Shown in pieces: positions 13,050 through 26,049 of a stretch of DNA of 64,000 nt (within the stretch, counting starts at the first letter, position 1; each line of letters opens with the position of its first letter). The notes under the pieces are model-generated. The model was not told the origin of the DNA, did not search any database, and saw only the letters and a list, made by a program, of their open reading frames with translations. The stretch comes from Raillietiella orientalis (lineage: Eukaryota). The DNA is taken from contig JAYWIR010000001.1 of the NCBI GenBank assembly GCA_036172245.1, positions 6,386,001 through 6,450,000 on the forward strand. Direction: 5' to 3'. The position numbers were made by a program, and so were the translations under genes.

Positions 13050-13800
13050 ATCCCAACGCTCCTCCACCCAAACCTCGTCGGGGTGGGGTGGCGTGCGCGA
13101 GGACTTCGGCGAAAACGTGCGGTCCACGAGGGACGGAGCCTAGAGACCAGGCAGGCACGCGGGAAAGAGGGCGGGGAAGGGCCAAGACAGCCCTCCCCTT
13201 CCACTCCAGGAACGCTTACCCGCTGCCACCGTGTCCAGGACGCCTTTCCGATGCGCCATCGCCACGGAGATCCATCAGTCCGCGCGCGCACGCACTGGAG
13301 ACGCAGAGGGCCAGAGAGGTCAGTCGCAGCTGGGCATTTCGGCCGCAGGTGGAGGAGAATGTCAGCGACTCCAGTCGGAAGGAGCGCGTCTATACGTCGC
13401 TCGGCAACGCAGGAGGAAGGGGAGGGGGCACTCGCGCTTTGGGACTCCAAAAACGCTGATCCCCGCGAACCCTTCTTTCCTCCCCGTCCGCTGTCAAGCG
13501 TCCCTGGGTCGTTCGTAGCCGTCGCCCCCAGACCGGTCTGCGTCCGGGAATCCCGTCTGAGGGGCGGGCAGGCTGTACCCCTGGAGGGCTCACGAAGGAG
13601 GGCCGGAACGCGCGAAGAGGTCTCGGGGCCGACCCGCCTGAGGGCCCTCGGCATCTCAGTGCAGAGGTCAACTGCGTGGCCCCCTGTTCGCAGGAAAGCG
13701 TTGGCAGCTTCCTTGAGCTCGCTTGACCTCGCCGCGCGCGACCTTTACCACCAGACCTTTGCCCGGGGGCAGGTCTAGGCTCTGGCTTTGTCTCAACCAG
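13050..13800 (-). mobile_element. Decayed AP-endonuclease remnant
   Basis: LGATATND..LD, RRIDALL, TDLSG (~SDH) and GSPWRW occur in APE order. Confidence 0.45.
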
Positions 13801-13959
13801 CCCGCGCGTCGCGGGTACGGCTCCTCCCTCACTCCATGTCGCCAAGAGGGCGAAGCACAGAGGTCAAGAGGAGACGCCTGTGCCTCGGGAGCCGTCTCGC
13901 CTCCACCTAGCGCTCGCGGGAGCGCGCCCCCCCATCGGATCTCTGTGTCATTTGTTTGA

Positions 13960-14900
13960 AATGAAATTTTTACCTCTCCAGAAGGGCCGGCCCATCGAAT
14001 CTGGGAGGCGTGGCAGGGCCAGAAAACGAATTCCGTAGGTGGAAGGCGGCCTCGCCACAGCATCTGGGGAGGTTGTCTGGCCACTTGCGTGGTGGTGATT
14101 GCACGCGTCTCCACCGCTTCCGGATCGGACCGGCTTCGAGCTCACCCGCCAGCGAGAGTCCCGAGGCCCACCTTAAACTCAAGGGACCCCCTTCGAGGGT
14201 CCCTTAGAGCGGCTTCTCGCCCGCGGCCCAACCTGATCGCCTCCACAGTGAGTCCGAAGAGCACAGCCTCTTCCTCTTCCCGGATGCTTCCGGTACCTCC
14301 AAACAAGACGAACCCTTGGTCTGGCCGCTGTCTCCCGCGCGGTCGCAGCGCTCAGGAGAGTCTTCCGCTCCCGGAGTCAGCCCGAGGCTCCCAGCGGGGG
14401 CTGCTCCGGGGGAGCGCGCCCTGTGGGCGGTCGGTGAGTCCAGTCGCCGCCGCCGGAGTAGCGCACTCGGGTCGCATCTCGCAGCCCAGCATCGGGACAC
14501 TCGCCAGTGTCCCTCCCTCCTTCGCTTGGAGTTCGTCCTCCTCTTCGGTGTTCCCCCTGCTCCTCCTTCTCCTGCAAAGGAAGCCACACCCTCTCTCCGT
14601 TAGCTGCCAGGACAGCCAGTCGCTGAGGGGTGTTCCCCCGCGGAACTCTACCGCGAATTCCTTGGGTCCTTCAGGGTCCAGGCTGGGAAGCCCAAGGAAA
14701 ATCAGAGGAGGATTCCATGCGATCCGCATCTGCCGATCAGCCCAGGGTCCTTTCTCCTCGGAGCGCGACCGCTGCCGCTTCCAGCACTGTAGCCGATTCT
14801 TCCCCCTAGTAGGAAAATGGATAATTCGCGTGTGCTGGAAGACTCGCGAGAAGAGAATGCCGACAATACCGCCAGTCTCCTTGGCCACCAGCGTTTGAAT
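13960..14900 (-). mobile_element. Decayed non-LTR ORF2 C-terminal remnant
   Basis: RPECATP zinc-finger-like segment, then GFVLFG..LTVEAIRLGR, in broken frames. Confidence 0.35.
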
Positions 14901-14949
14901 CCTAATCTCTTGAAATCATTACTGGCCGAGTGGAACGGCAGCATCTTGT

Positions 14950-17090
14950 CGGAACGACGAAGCTGAAGTAGAGCTCTACCTTTCCTGTTTCTGGATGCGG
15001 AAACTAAAATTCTGAAAGAGGAGGAGAGGATTTCTGATGGCAGGCGAGAGATGGATGTCTTCTCTACTGATACCTACGATTTGGGCTACCCTTGAGAAAA
15101 GAGCGTGCGAAGGGTTCGTTCAGAGGTGGGTTGCCATTGAGTTTTAGTTCTCTGGCTGCATAAGAGATGGCGCGCTAGAAATTCTAAAGTTTCCCTCGGT
15201 CGACTTTTCGTAAGAGGTTGAGCCGCACGCGCCTATGGAGGAGGAAAGTGCGACTGGACGCACCGCTGGTCATGCGCCCTCTTGGCTGTACACGCACCCT
15301 CAGCGGTTAAGTATGTAAGGAGATGTACGGAGAGATTTTCTGATTAAGAAAATCCCCTCTTGGAAAGCGAAGAACTCGCTCAGTCCGGAGATGACGTTCC
15401 AACTTGTTTCACGGCATTCAAAGATCAGAAAAAGATGTGGTTTATCCTGAAGATTGAGATGCTCGGAAGAAGCCCTCGAGGGTGACGCTCATCTACATGC
15501 CTGCCTGGTTCAAGATGCTTCACCAGCAACTCGTCGCGACACCACCGTTGGCAGAATCGATGACTGGTACATGTTGCAAAAGAAGTCGAAGGTCGATCCA
15601 CTTCTTTTGCAACGTGCGGTAAGGAAACAGGACGATGAGGAAGGAAGGATGCCGGAATCTGAACATCCAAGACCTCTCCCTCTCGCAATACTGGAAGCAC
15701 TATGATAGACCGTAACACTTCCGAGCATGAAGGGGGAAGTTGGCGTGCTGTAGAAGAAGATCGCTACGGATGTCTTCTGATTAAGTACGACAACCAAGTC
15801 GGGCACACGTCAGAAGGAATTCGTGGAAACTTTTCAAAAGCATTGCACACATTTCCGGCGACAAGTCTGCGTCCTACGGAGCAGGGAGCTATTCTGTGCC
15901 ACCTGCACAGGAGACTGAGTCAACAGCAGCAAGATCGACCCGAAGAGAAAATCTCCATGGAGATCAAAAGCGTGCATTGACGACACTATGCAAGAACGTG
16001 ACAGCAGGTCCTGATAGTCACTCCTCTTCCTGAAGGATTAGAAGGATCAGCATCTGTTCCTGGTGTAGTCAAGTCTATGAAAAAAGGCTTAGTTTTTGAT
16101 ATCAACGCTCAGAAGTAATAACTCATGCCCATCGGAATCCTGAGCCACTCCCACTTTAACGGAGAAGGGATTTCTAGTGTGAATGACGTAAAGCACCTGG
16201 GAATCCATAGATCCACATCGGCGATGCATCAGCGTCGCAGACTTTGCCGAAAGAAATTCTGAGAAAGACCAAACAGGAAAAGGCGAAGTTCTGGGTGTAC
16301 TTCAGCATGAAGCAGAGGGACGCCATGTGGATTGGCGGAAATTGGGATTTTTGCGCTGGGGTGTGCTACTGGGTATTCCGGAGGAAGACCTGCAGTGGCT
16401 CCCGGTTCTCATAAACACCCGCACCCCTCCCTTAAAGTGGCAGGAGTCGGCATTGATGCTGCTGCACTGGGGCTTCTCGTGCAACGCCCGCCATCATTGG
16501 ACACAGGTGTGTGTGGATTCAGACTGGGCAAGGTGCAGGGAGCGAGAATCCCTCCCGTACCTTCTAGTGGACTGTGTTGCCCTCCGGACCATTTAGGGAC
16601 GCTTTGCTGCAATCATTCGAACCCCCGACGGCAGCGCCAGAAACGTTTTAAAGCTCCTCTTCCTGTGAGATGCCCTCACGCCGCCCGCATCCCTAGCAGC
16701 ACTTTGCTACCTACGCGGGATCGTGGCTGCATGGAGAGCGCCAGAGGAGGCCAGAATGAAAAGGATTCCATCCATTTTGCTGTCCTCTTCATGAGGACAG
16801 CGTCAAGAAGTCCCATCTGGGAGCCTTAAAACAAGAACTTGCCGGCATCCTTACAAGAATGCAGAGGATACCCTCCAGAACACAGTGATCCCTTCCTGAA
16901 CCCCATATTTTTTTACTGTATGTTTTTGTTTTATTTTATTTATTTTTTGTTTGTCTCCCCTTCCCTTGTGTTGCCGAGGCGAACCCCGCTGGCCTGTGTG
17001 CTAGTTCCCGGCAGATTCCTTCTCGTAGTTACAAGTAACGTGGTAGGATCAAATGTTCTACCACAGATATGTAGGTTTAGAAATAAAGGT
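14950..17090 (+). mobile_element. Decayed L1/Tx1-type element, family A copy 3 (RT core, zf-RVT, 3' UTR)
   Basis: TEQGAIL (~RQGCPL), GLVFDINAQK, DVKHLGIH (~KYLGI) at about 16.19 kb, LLHWG..CARCRERESLPYLLVDC zinc finger, KQELAGILTRMQRIPSRTQ*, AATAAA at about 17082. Confidence 0.75.
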
Positions 17091-18490
17091 CATGGAATGA
17101 CCAGATGTCAACCATGTGGATTGGCGTGCTCCTTCCCAAGCTGCCCTAAAGAGTGGCGGCCTTCTACCGAATGGACAAGAAGACTCGGACGGAAGTGGAA
17201 CAGCTGCAGAGAGAATTACTTTGGAAAGACGTGAAATCGTGGGTAAGGCTCAAAGTGTTATGTCGCACGCGAGAAGGAGGAGGGATCAGGATGAAGTCAC
17301 TACAACACTCCTTGGAGGTCATGGACGCTCGACAACTGGAACTCGCCGTGGACTAGGACAAGTGCCGTTTGCGGCTCACAGATCCTACTCGAAGTCGCTG
17401 AACAACTCGAGTGGCTCAATGTCAATCCCATTTGAAAAACCTGGAAAGTGGGTGGGCATCGATCTCATCTGGGAGAGAAAGGGAGCACTGATGAAGATTC
17501 ACCAATTCAAAGTAGCTCCTCGTATTACAGGACTGCGGAAAGAAGAATTGACCTTGGCGATTCCTTGTTCGCTTCCCGTTCCACGAGAGATGTGGCTATG
17601 AATTCAACAAAGGTCCAGACTGATCATTCGGGACTACGAGCAGTTCTCCACTAGCGGAAACCGCCATCAAATGCGGCTGTTCCGATGCACCGGAAAAGTC
17701 AAAAGAGCTTTTACCCACAGGACACGCGAAGTGTGGAAAAATAAGAACTGCGCGTGGTCCAAATTTGAAAGGAAACTCATTCTTACAAAGGGAGGAAACG
17801 AAATTTTCGTTACGGCTGCCAGCAGCTACGGGATTCGCAACCTTCAAGCGGTGGGAAAAACAGCCTGGAGAAGTGACTTACTGCCCGACACTCAGGAAGA
17901 CCTTATCTTTTACCAAGGGGGAATCCTGAGTGGTTCGAGGATAAAACACTGGACAGGCAATATCCAAGACGAACTCTGCTTGGCATGTGAGACAAAGCAA
18001 ACCCAGCTCCATCTGCCCAACGCTGCTCCAAGACTGAATAGCGCTCAAGGCGCTGACAGGCCCGCAGAGGAGCTCAAGGATAAAAATCCTGATGGAATTG
18101 TTTGAGGGAAACGGCAACGTTCCCAGATGTAATTCCATGGTGAGAGAGACCATCTCTCTTCATCACGAGCATCGTAATAAGAAGAGCTAAAAATGAGAAA
18201 TACAAGAAGAGCAACGTCTGTCATTGACATTTCGAGATGACTCATTAACAGGGATATGGGCATCGAGAACTGAGGCCGGATTCTGATCCGGACTTATCGC
18301 TACATCTTAAAAAAGATTGCGGATGCTGTCTGGGTGTGCTTAAAGCTCAACATCCCTTGACCAGGCTGCAGTGACATGGAACTCCGGGTCTCGCCCTCGG
18401 CGCAATGAACGACAAAGACTGAAAATTGTTGCGAATGTTTTCCGTGTCGAATCGTTGCATTTGCATGCGAGTTATTTTTTAAAATAAATT
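17090..18490 (+). mobile_element. Decayed L1/Tx1 RT thumb plus zf-RVT, second family
   Basis: ELLWKDVKSWVRLKVLCRTREGGGIRM is a typical RT-thumb segment; CLACETKQTQLHL is a zinc finger; the remnant ends at AATAAA near 18482. Confidence 0.75.
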
Positions 18491-20399
18491 CACCCCACTA
18501 CGAGTAGGAGTGGGGACAATCAAAGATGAGAAAACATCCTTGGCACGGTGACAAAAATCCCCCGTTGCCGAGAGGGAGGCCGCGGGTTCCGAAGTTACCG
18601 CAGGGACTTCGCCCGACAAGTTTCTCACTTCGCCCTGTGGCGAAGTTTCTCACTTCGCCACAGGGCACTAGCGAGATCAAGAAGATCCATGCTCAACGGT
18701 CACCGGCTGCAAAGCACGGAGCTGAAATTTTCTCAAAGAGGAAGAAGAACGCCATTCGGGACGTCCAGATCAGCATCTCGCAGCTCAAGGAGCAACCAAA
18801 GGTGGGAAAACCAAGTGTGAACTGCGATACTGACATTATGACGGGACTACTCAAGCTCGAAGTAGGTAGCCACAGCTACGAGAAGATTGACGCATGTCGC
18901 TACGTTCTGGATACAAAGAAAACGCCAAGCAAACGACTTGATGACAGGAAGGACGGCACCCACCTGGGGCAGAGATATTTACATGGTACCAACCAGTTAC
19001 CAAGGATGGCTAGCATTTCTGTATGGGTGTTATTTTTTTCTTCTTGTCTTTGGTTTGTTTTTTCTGTCTCTTTCTTCCTTCATTCTGTGGTGGTGCATTC
19101 GGACCACCCAGTTTTTCGAATGTATCAGCAAGGTTGCATGGTATTAAGAGCTATCTACACCTCCGTAGCAGAAGCTTTTAGTTAGAGGATGATCATTTTC
19201 GAGGAAAGTTGGAATCTGTCACTGAGTCTTTGAAAATAAAGCTTTGTCATGGTCGAAGATCTGGACCCGTCTAATAAGATTGTCCTTCCGATTCGGAGTC
19301 CATCTCGCCGTTCGCAGCCTAGTGGCCATCAAGAGTGAAGTATCCACTGCGCAATCTGCTGCACCGAACCAACGTGAAATTCAATCCCTCTTCAGTTCGA
19401 GGTTTGATGGCTGAAAGGGTTCCTGGGTCCCAAGCCATACGATGGGTGGATTTTACTGCGTGCTGAAATTCTTTCTGCCTCACTACTTTCTTCTACTTCA
19501 CGGCAACAACGGCACCCTCCACAACGAAAACCAGTCCACATGACTGTCTTCTTGAAGGAAGGGTTCTCCAGTTCTCCGCTTTCCATTGCGTCCCTCAGGT
19601 GATCCAGGGAGCAGAATTTGTTCCGAGGATTTCCCATCGATGGCCCGTCGATGTCCGAGCCCGATACAGCATGCGTGCCTCATCACTCCTTGCATCGGGA
19701 CAGTTTTGTTTCATGCATGAATCTGCTCGGGTTATCACGTACAGTGGCAGCACACCCATCCTTTTCGCTGTCCCGCACTCCAGAACCGACGCCATTACTG
19801 CCACCGCCATCGGACCTCCCCGTGACTTTTTCCAGCTTGTATTTGGTCGATTCTTCTTGGTTGAAGAAGAAACATCTCACATATTTAGGACTTCTTGAAA
19901 CCAAGGAGTAGAGCTCTTTCTTTTTTCTTTTCTTTATTCTGATTGTTGGGAATGAAGGAAAGTCTTAAGGACTCAACCCTTTCGGTGCGGAGTTCATCTC
20001 GTTCAGTGTGTTGACGGCGCGCGAGTCGCAGTGGAGACCTCTGTGGACGGAATGCTTTTTCTCGTACCACGTGCTCCGTTGAGGTACCCATCGACTTTAT
20101 AAAGTGCTGATTAAAGTTACTATTGTAATTGTTTATTTACACCGCATTAAGTCAAATATTTCCATTTTTCCCAAACTTATATTATTCATTGGAAAATTAT
20201 AATTCCAATAAACTCAATAACTCATTCGAAAAGATATCACAAAGAGGAAAAACAATATAATAAATTCCAAGCGACACCGAGAATAAAACCGAGAATAGTT
20301 AGCCGATATAAATAGAATTTTGTTTGCTGTCGTTGCTAAGGTAATTACAAGAACGTAAGTGCATGGGTCCATCTCAAACATGGACCGTGTCAACTTACG

Positions 20400-21950
20400 T
20401 CACCAGTACATGGTAAAAACATTTGCCAGACGCATAGATGCGTCCATAGCACTCAAAGGGTTAAGGTCGAAGGAGGTCTTCAGGATTGAAGGAAACGTGA
20501 GAAAGGGGGGAGAATTTCGACGCCCTTTCTCACAGTCCCGTAAAGCGCAATTGTCATTGCTAAGGGAATTAGCAACTCCCAACTCTGCCGTGGGTGGCGT
20601 GGGAACAGCATTGGAGCAGGAGAAGGTCAGAAGCCGAAAAGTCTTTCCCTGAGGCTGTCGGCCAAGCAAGCAAGCAAACGGGTCACGGCCCGAGTGGTGA
20701 GGATCAGAAGGATGTAGCCAAAGTCTCCCGGAGAAATCCCTACAGCCGCCAGTCCTGGCACTGCAGTTTGGAACTCAACTTAGTAACCTTGGTTTCCAGA
20801 CGGTCAGGGGATCGTAATAAGAAGGGCATCGCTCAGGGAACTTTTTGAGAGATGAGCTGAGAATCTTCGTCCATCACTCTGAGTCTGCAGTCCGCAGACC
20901 GCTGTCGAGGCATCCCGCTCACTGCATGCGCGACGCGCATACCGTGAGCGACTCCTTAATGACCCTCCCGCCGAAGGACGACCGAAGTCAGCTCGGAGAC
21001 CAGCGTGTTCCAACACGCACGTGCGTCGACATCTCGCACTCCACAGATTATCCAGGACTTCGCTCGTGATCAACCGGAAGCTAAAAAGGTTTCACCTTGG
21101 GCTGAGGGAGCTGCAAACTGCATCGTCACTGGAGCAGGACGAGGAAAGACAATGGACCGCTCTCCTGCGAAAACTCTCCCTCTGTCTATCAGCAGCGCGA
21201 TGGGCTCGGTTTAGCGAATAATCCAGAATCTTGGGGAACGGGAAGGAAGTACGAGCGGTTTCAGAGGTGGATGCCCAACCTCAGTGGGAGATGCGCGACC
21301 TTTCGCTTCTGTTGGTGCTGCCTGGGAAACCCTCCAGCAATGGATATTAACTTCAGCTCGAGGCCCGCGTTCCTGCTGAAGACCTCTGGACGTTCGTTCT
21401 TGCAGTCGAGTCCTCCTCAAAGAAATGCATCATTGTCGCTCAGATGCTTCACAAACCTGAAGAAAATTCCAGCGTCCCTTGTTTCCAGGGCAATGGAGGA
21501 AACAACATTGGAGAAACAGCATTGAACAACCCAGAAGAATGATGGAAATCCTTTTGGGGTTCTTCTGCTTTCGCTGCTTTCCTTCTGGCTTTCTTTTTTT
21601 TTCTTCTTTTTTTCGGTTTTTTTTTTTGGGGTTCTCAAGGAGTGCTGAAGAACAACCGTCCGCCTCCTCAGGAGAAGCTCACTCAGCTCTTTAGCACCAT
21701 GCCATCCGCGCCACTGCCGAGGGTGAGTGTGACTCTTCAAGTTAGGAGGTGCCCCGGGAGGGGAGACTACCCCATGCATCAAGGGAGGCTCCGGAAGAAG
21801 AAGTCCGTCCCTGTTACGCTTGGGAAGGAACCCTGTTCCCCGTTGTCTCCGAAGGGCGCACCCCGAAGGGAGCAGCGCGCTTCTTGCACTCCGAGGAGGG
21901 CATCAACCAGCTCCATGTACGAGATGGACAGGTCCATCGTCGCAACCGGG
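20400..21950 (-). mobile_element. Decayed AP-endonuclease/linker remnant
   Basis: LLGVQEA (~xLQET), then FSNVVSS..IFFRFVKHL..AFL*GGLDC (~NVYAP..FF..LGGDFN). Confidence 0.45.
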
Positions 21951-22164
21951 GGGGAATCCCGAAGGATTCCTTGATTACTGGAAGGGACCCCGGAGGGTCC
22001 CCTTCCAAACCCGGCCAGTCGGCGGGGTTATCCGGTTTCTGGTTTCCACCAGTGCCGCATCCCGAATCGGCCAGCCGGCGTCATCCTGTTGGAGAGGACT
22101 CGAAACCCACGGTGCCCCCTATATCCACCCCCCACCCCCCATTTCTAGATGTCGATCCTTCCCC

Positions 22165-22255
22165 TGGGAGGGATTCGAACCCGCGACGCTTGGTGCCGCA
22201 CGCTGAGGCCGGCAGCCTCCCGGCCATCAACGCGAGCTCGGCAAGACGGCTTGCA
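22165..22255 (-). other. tRNA-like/SINE-head remnant (Pol III B-box)
   Basis: The minus strand reads GTCGCGGGTTCGAATCCC (T-arm/B-box) with a weak A-box-like segment upstream; no full cloverleaf is visible. Confidence 0.3.
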
Positions 22256-22619
22256 GCATCCGCTGCTGATCCCCGGCTCTCGTGAAAACCTGGGGGTCGT
22301 TCGAGCTCCCAGCGAGTTACATCATCCAGGAGGAGGAGTCGCCGCCAAGCGTCTCTAAAGTCCGTTTGCAGGAGGGGTCCCCCAACTGATTAATTTTAAC
22401 ATTTTGAATTAAAAGGTAATATATTATATACTAACAATAAATAATTGATATAAAAAACATTTGGGATTTAGTATAAATCAAAGAATACTTTAATTCACTT
22501 TCGAGATTTTTTATAAATAGTATATTTAAAATCAGGTATAAAATTAATATTATTATGTAATGAATAAATTATGTATATAAATATTTTTATGCTACATAAT
22601 AATATTGAAATCGTCGTTC

Positions 22620-23460
22620 TTCAGGTCAGTGTAGAGAAAAGTTCCTCGCCTTCTTCGGGGTTCCGCGCGAGGATCTGTGGATCCGTGTGCGAAAGGGAAC
22701 GCTTCCCGCAGGATTCGACGTTCTCCTCACAAGACGGGAGCAATCCCGTAACCTCTGCCCCAGGCCTCCGCTCTCCTCCTTGGCCAAACTCAGACATTGC
22801 CGGGCCTTCTTGCGGGGGTGGCCACGAGACTTGCTTCGGGTGCCACCTTCTCGAGACCACCTCTGGTCTTCCTCAAGGATTCTCGCTGCCTGGACCAGAG
22901 GTCACGCGTTCCTTCGGGCTGAAGGCCCTTCGTCCCTAGCGACCCAGTGACCTTACCACAGGCTCCATGCTTTCCCCACCTCGTTGGCGCGTCACGCTGT
23001 GAAGACGAAAGACCGATGGGTCTCATAGTCTCCGCTGCGCGGCGGGCACTTAGCGGAACAGCCCGTGGGCTGTTCGCAGGCCGACCGCGCGCGAGAAGGC
23101 CGGCCTCCCTTCTCCTGCCGCTCCATCAACCCGAGGAGCAGGCGCAAGCACTCGGGATCTGCTGCCGCTCCTTACTCCGCGAGGCGGACCGGGATCATCC
23201 TTTCTGTCTCCCGGACGACGGTGTCCACCCTTTATCTTCTGGACAGCAATCGTCTCGCATTCCTCGCGTGGCTGAGTCCGGGGACTGCTGCTCGCTCGGA
23301 GGGACCTTCCCCAATACGTTTCCGGGTGCTGAGAGGAGTCGACAACCCCCCCCCCCGCCCCTCCCGCCGCCGTCGGCGCCTCTGTCTGAGAGGCACTTCG
23401 CTACTGCACGTCACCTCTAGCGGCACCCGTGACATCTGGCGGCATCTCTTGTAACTGTAC
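22620..23460 (+). mobile_element. Decayed zf-RVT and 3' region of a non-LTR element
   Basis: DLWIRVRKGTLPAG and CGGGHETCFGCHLL in adjacent frames. Confidence 0.5.
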
Positions 23461-24249
23461 AGTTGGGAAAGCGGAGTGCGCTACATTCAGAGACCCCAAG
23501 ACGTTTAGGGAATGGGAAGGGGGAAAGTAGGGGTTGTGCGGAAGAGCACCTTACCGAAAAAGCTTGCGCTTGGTGGTCTCGTCGGTGCGCGGAGGGGCCT
23601 GCATTCCTCCTGTTGGCCCGAACCCGCTCTTGTCGCAGAGGCACGCCTTCAGCGCTTCCGGTTGCTGCCTCCCCTTCCTCTCGGACTGCTGCCGTGCCTC
23701 TCTGAAGGGCGATGGGGGCATCACTGGGTGCTGCCGCTTTCCCATCCCAGCGGGGGGAGGGGACCAGAGCGAGCGGCGTCGAGCTGCGCGCGCGCGGAAT
23801 ACGAGGGGCGGTGGCACGGCCGCAAGAGGAGTGCCTCGCAGCGGCAGTCCACGCAGCCTTTCGGGTTTCCTTTCGGCGGCCCACCAAGTGTGGTCCCTTC
23901 GAACGCTGCGCCTCTGTGCGCCGCCCACGGACCAGCGCTGGAAGCTCCCTCCATTTCTGGGCGAAAGAACGCGCTCGTGGCCGGACCACGACACCAGACC
24001 CGCGGTTCGGAGGGCTGCTCCCTGAGCGGGTTCTCTCCCAGGACGGTCTGCTGCGGAGTGGTCTGTCGTTCCGGAAGTGGGGGAAGGACCGCCTCCCGCT
24101 GGTCCGAGGCTCGCGCAACGCCGCCGACGCACCACCCGGTGTCGGTGTTTTTCGTCCGGCCGCGAAGAGGGTCGTCGTCGCGTTGCCAGCAACGCCAGCA
24201 GCTCCGGCCTCCCTTGGAGATACCCACGTGGAGGAGGCGAATCCCTGAC

Positions 24250-25050
24250 GTCTCTCCAGATGCCGTAGCATCTCCGCAGTCAGAAACTCAGCTTGGAGAG
24301 CCCCCCCCTCTCCCGTGCAGTAAAAGGGGGGAGAGTCGGGGCGTGCAGGCGAGCAAGGAGGGACCTCCCTCCGGGACACCCAGTGGTCAGCTGACCTATT
24401 CTGCGCCTTCCTCCACGCGAGTCCCTCCCCGAGGAGCAGTGTGGACTCGACGTGACGAGTCTGTTCCCCCCCAGGGGCTCCTCCTCCGGCCTCGGTATCC
24501 AGCAGGAGAAACCACACCTCTCCCGGCCACGCTCCTCCAGCAGCGTCTGTAGGGGAGGCCGACTCCGGGCTCCGCTCGTCCGTCTGGAGGCCTCGTTCCC
24601 CCCGGAGGCACGGCCTCGCAACCTCGAGACCGGCTGTCCAAGTAGTGGTTCCGCGGCGGAGGCCCTTCCGTTTCTGTCCCTATCTTCGGGACCTCCCTAC
24701 GTCCGGGAAGCATCCAGAGGCACAGGACCAAGCCTCCCATGCCGACCCACCACGCTCACCGTTTGGGACGCGCAGGCGCCGTGGTGAGACTTGTCGAGGA
24801 GCCCTCAGAGATGTCGAGGGAGAGGCTTCCCCGAGCGCAGAGAAGGGGAGCGGACTGTTGGACGGTCGTTCGTCCTTGCGGGAGGCCGCTCAGCGTAGGA
24901 TGGTCGTCGCTCCGGGTAGCGAACCGGATAGACTTTCCGGATGCTGGGGAAACCCGGAGATTCTTCTCTCGGGAAACCAAGTCGTTTCTCGTACCATCGC
25001 TCATCTCGACATGGGCCGGGGGCGCTCCACGTAGCTGCGCTGCCTTAGTG
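24250..25050 (-). mobile_element. Decayed RT remnant
   Basis: SGLPQGR..LSLDIS and CWIPRPEEEPLGG (thumb-like). Confidence 0.35.
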
Positions 25051-25199
25051 CGAAAAAAAAACCCTGGTCATGTTTCCCTCACTCTCCAGTTCTCATCCCG
25101 ATTTTTGAGCCATGCAAAGGCGCCGCACTGCCTTATCTGATCGAATGTTCCGCTTAGAGGATTCGCCCAGTCGCTTGGTCCTGCAACCATCTTTTCTCC

Positions 25200-26038
25200 C
25201 TTCTATTCTTCTTGGTGCCTCGACGCCTGCCAAAGAGGGACTTCCCTGATCCACTTGAAATCCTTCATCTCCAGCGAACGCTGGATGCCCCCCAACCAGC
25301 ATTCTGCTGGGGCGAGCTACAAGGAATTCCAGTGGAAGATGTGCAGTGGCCCCCAGTTCTCTCGGACAGCAGCACCCTCCCCTTAAAGTGGCAGCTGCTG
25401 CTGCACTGGGGTCCCCCGTGCAACGCCCGCCAGCATCGCTGGCCACGGGTGTGTTTGGGAATCCGAACCGCGGCAGGTGCGGGGAACGTGAATCCCTCCC
25501 GCACTTGCAGGTGGACTGTGTTTCCCTCCGGCCCCTTTGGGGACGCTTTGCCGCGACTCTAGGAACCCCTCGGCGACAACTCCAGGGACGCTTTACGACC
25601 CCTCCTCGCACGCGACGCGCTTCGGCCAGCAGCCTCGCTAGCAGCTCTCTGAGCCACGCTGGAGGAGGACACAGCGACAGGGGTGCCACATCCACTCTGC
25701 CGTCCTCTTCACGAGGATGGCAACAGAATGGCCCCACCTGGAAAACATCATGCAGCAAGAGCTTGCCGGCATCCTGAAGAGGATGCAGAGGACCGCCCCA
25801 AGCAGGACGTGATCCCTTCCTCCCCCTCAAAGTTTACCGATTTCTGTTTTTTTTATTTTTTTTCTTCTTTTTGTTGTCCCCTCTCTTTTGCTGCCGTGGT
25901 GGACCTCACCGGTCTGCGAACCGGTAACCCGGCAGACTCCCGGTAAAACGCACGTAGTTGGAGCACCGGCCCAACCACATTCTTCTGCAAATGTTCATTT
26001 TTATTAAAAAAAATCTCCCCGGCGTACCCGGGTGAGAA
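25200..26038 (+). mobile_element. Non-LTR retrotransposon zf-RVT plus 3' end, family A copy 2
   Basis: Clear nucleotide similarity to 16330-17090 and 500-822; zinc finger RCGERESLPHLQVDC..LW; MQQELAGILKRMQRTAPSRT*; short A tract at about 26006-26013. Confidence 0.8.
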
Positions 26039-26049
26039 TCCAACCAGCA

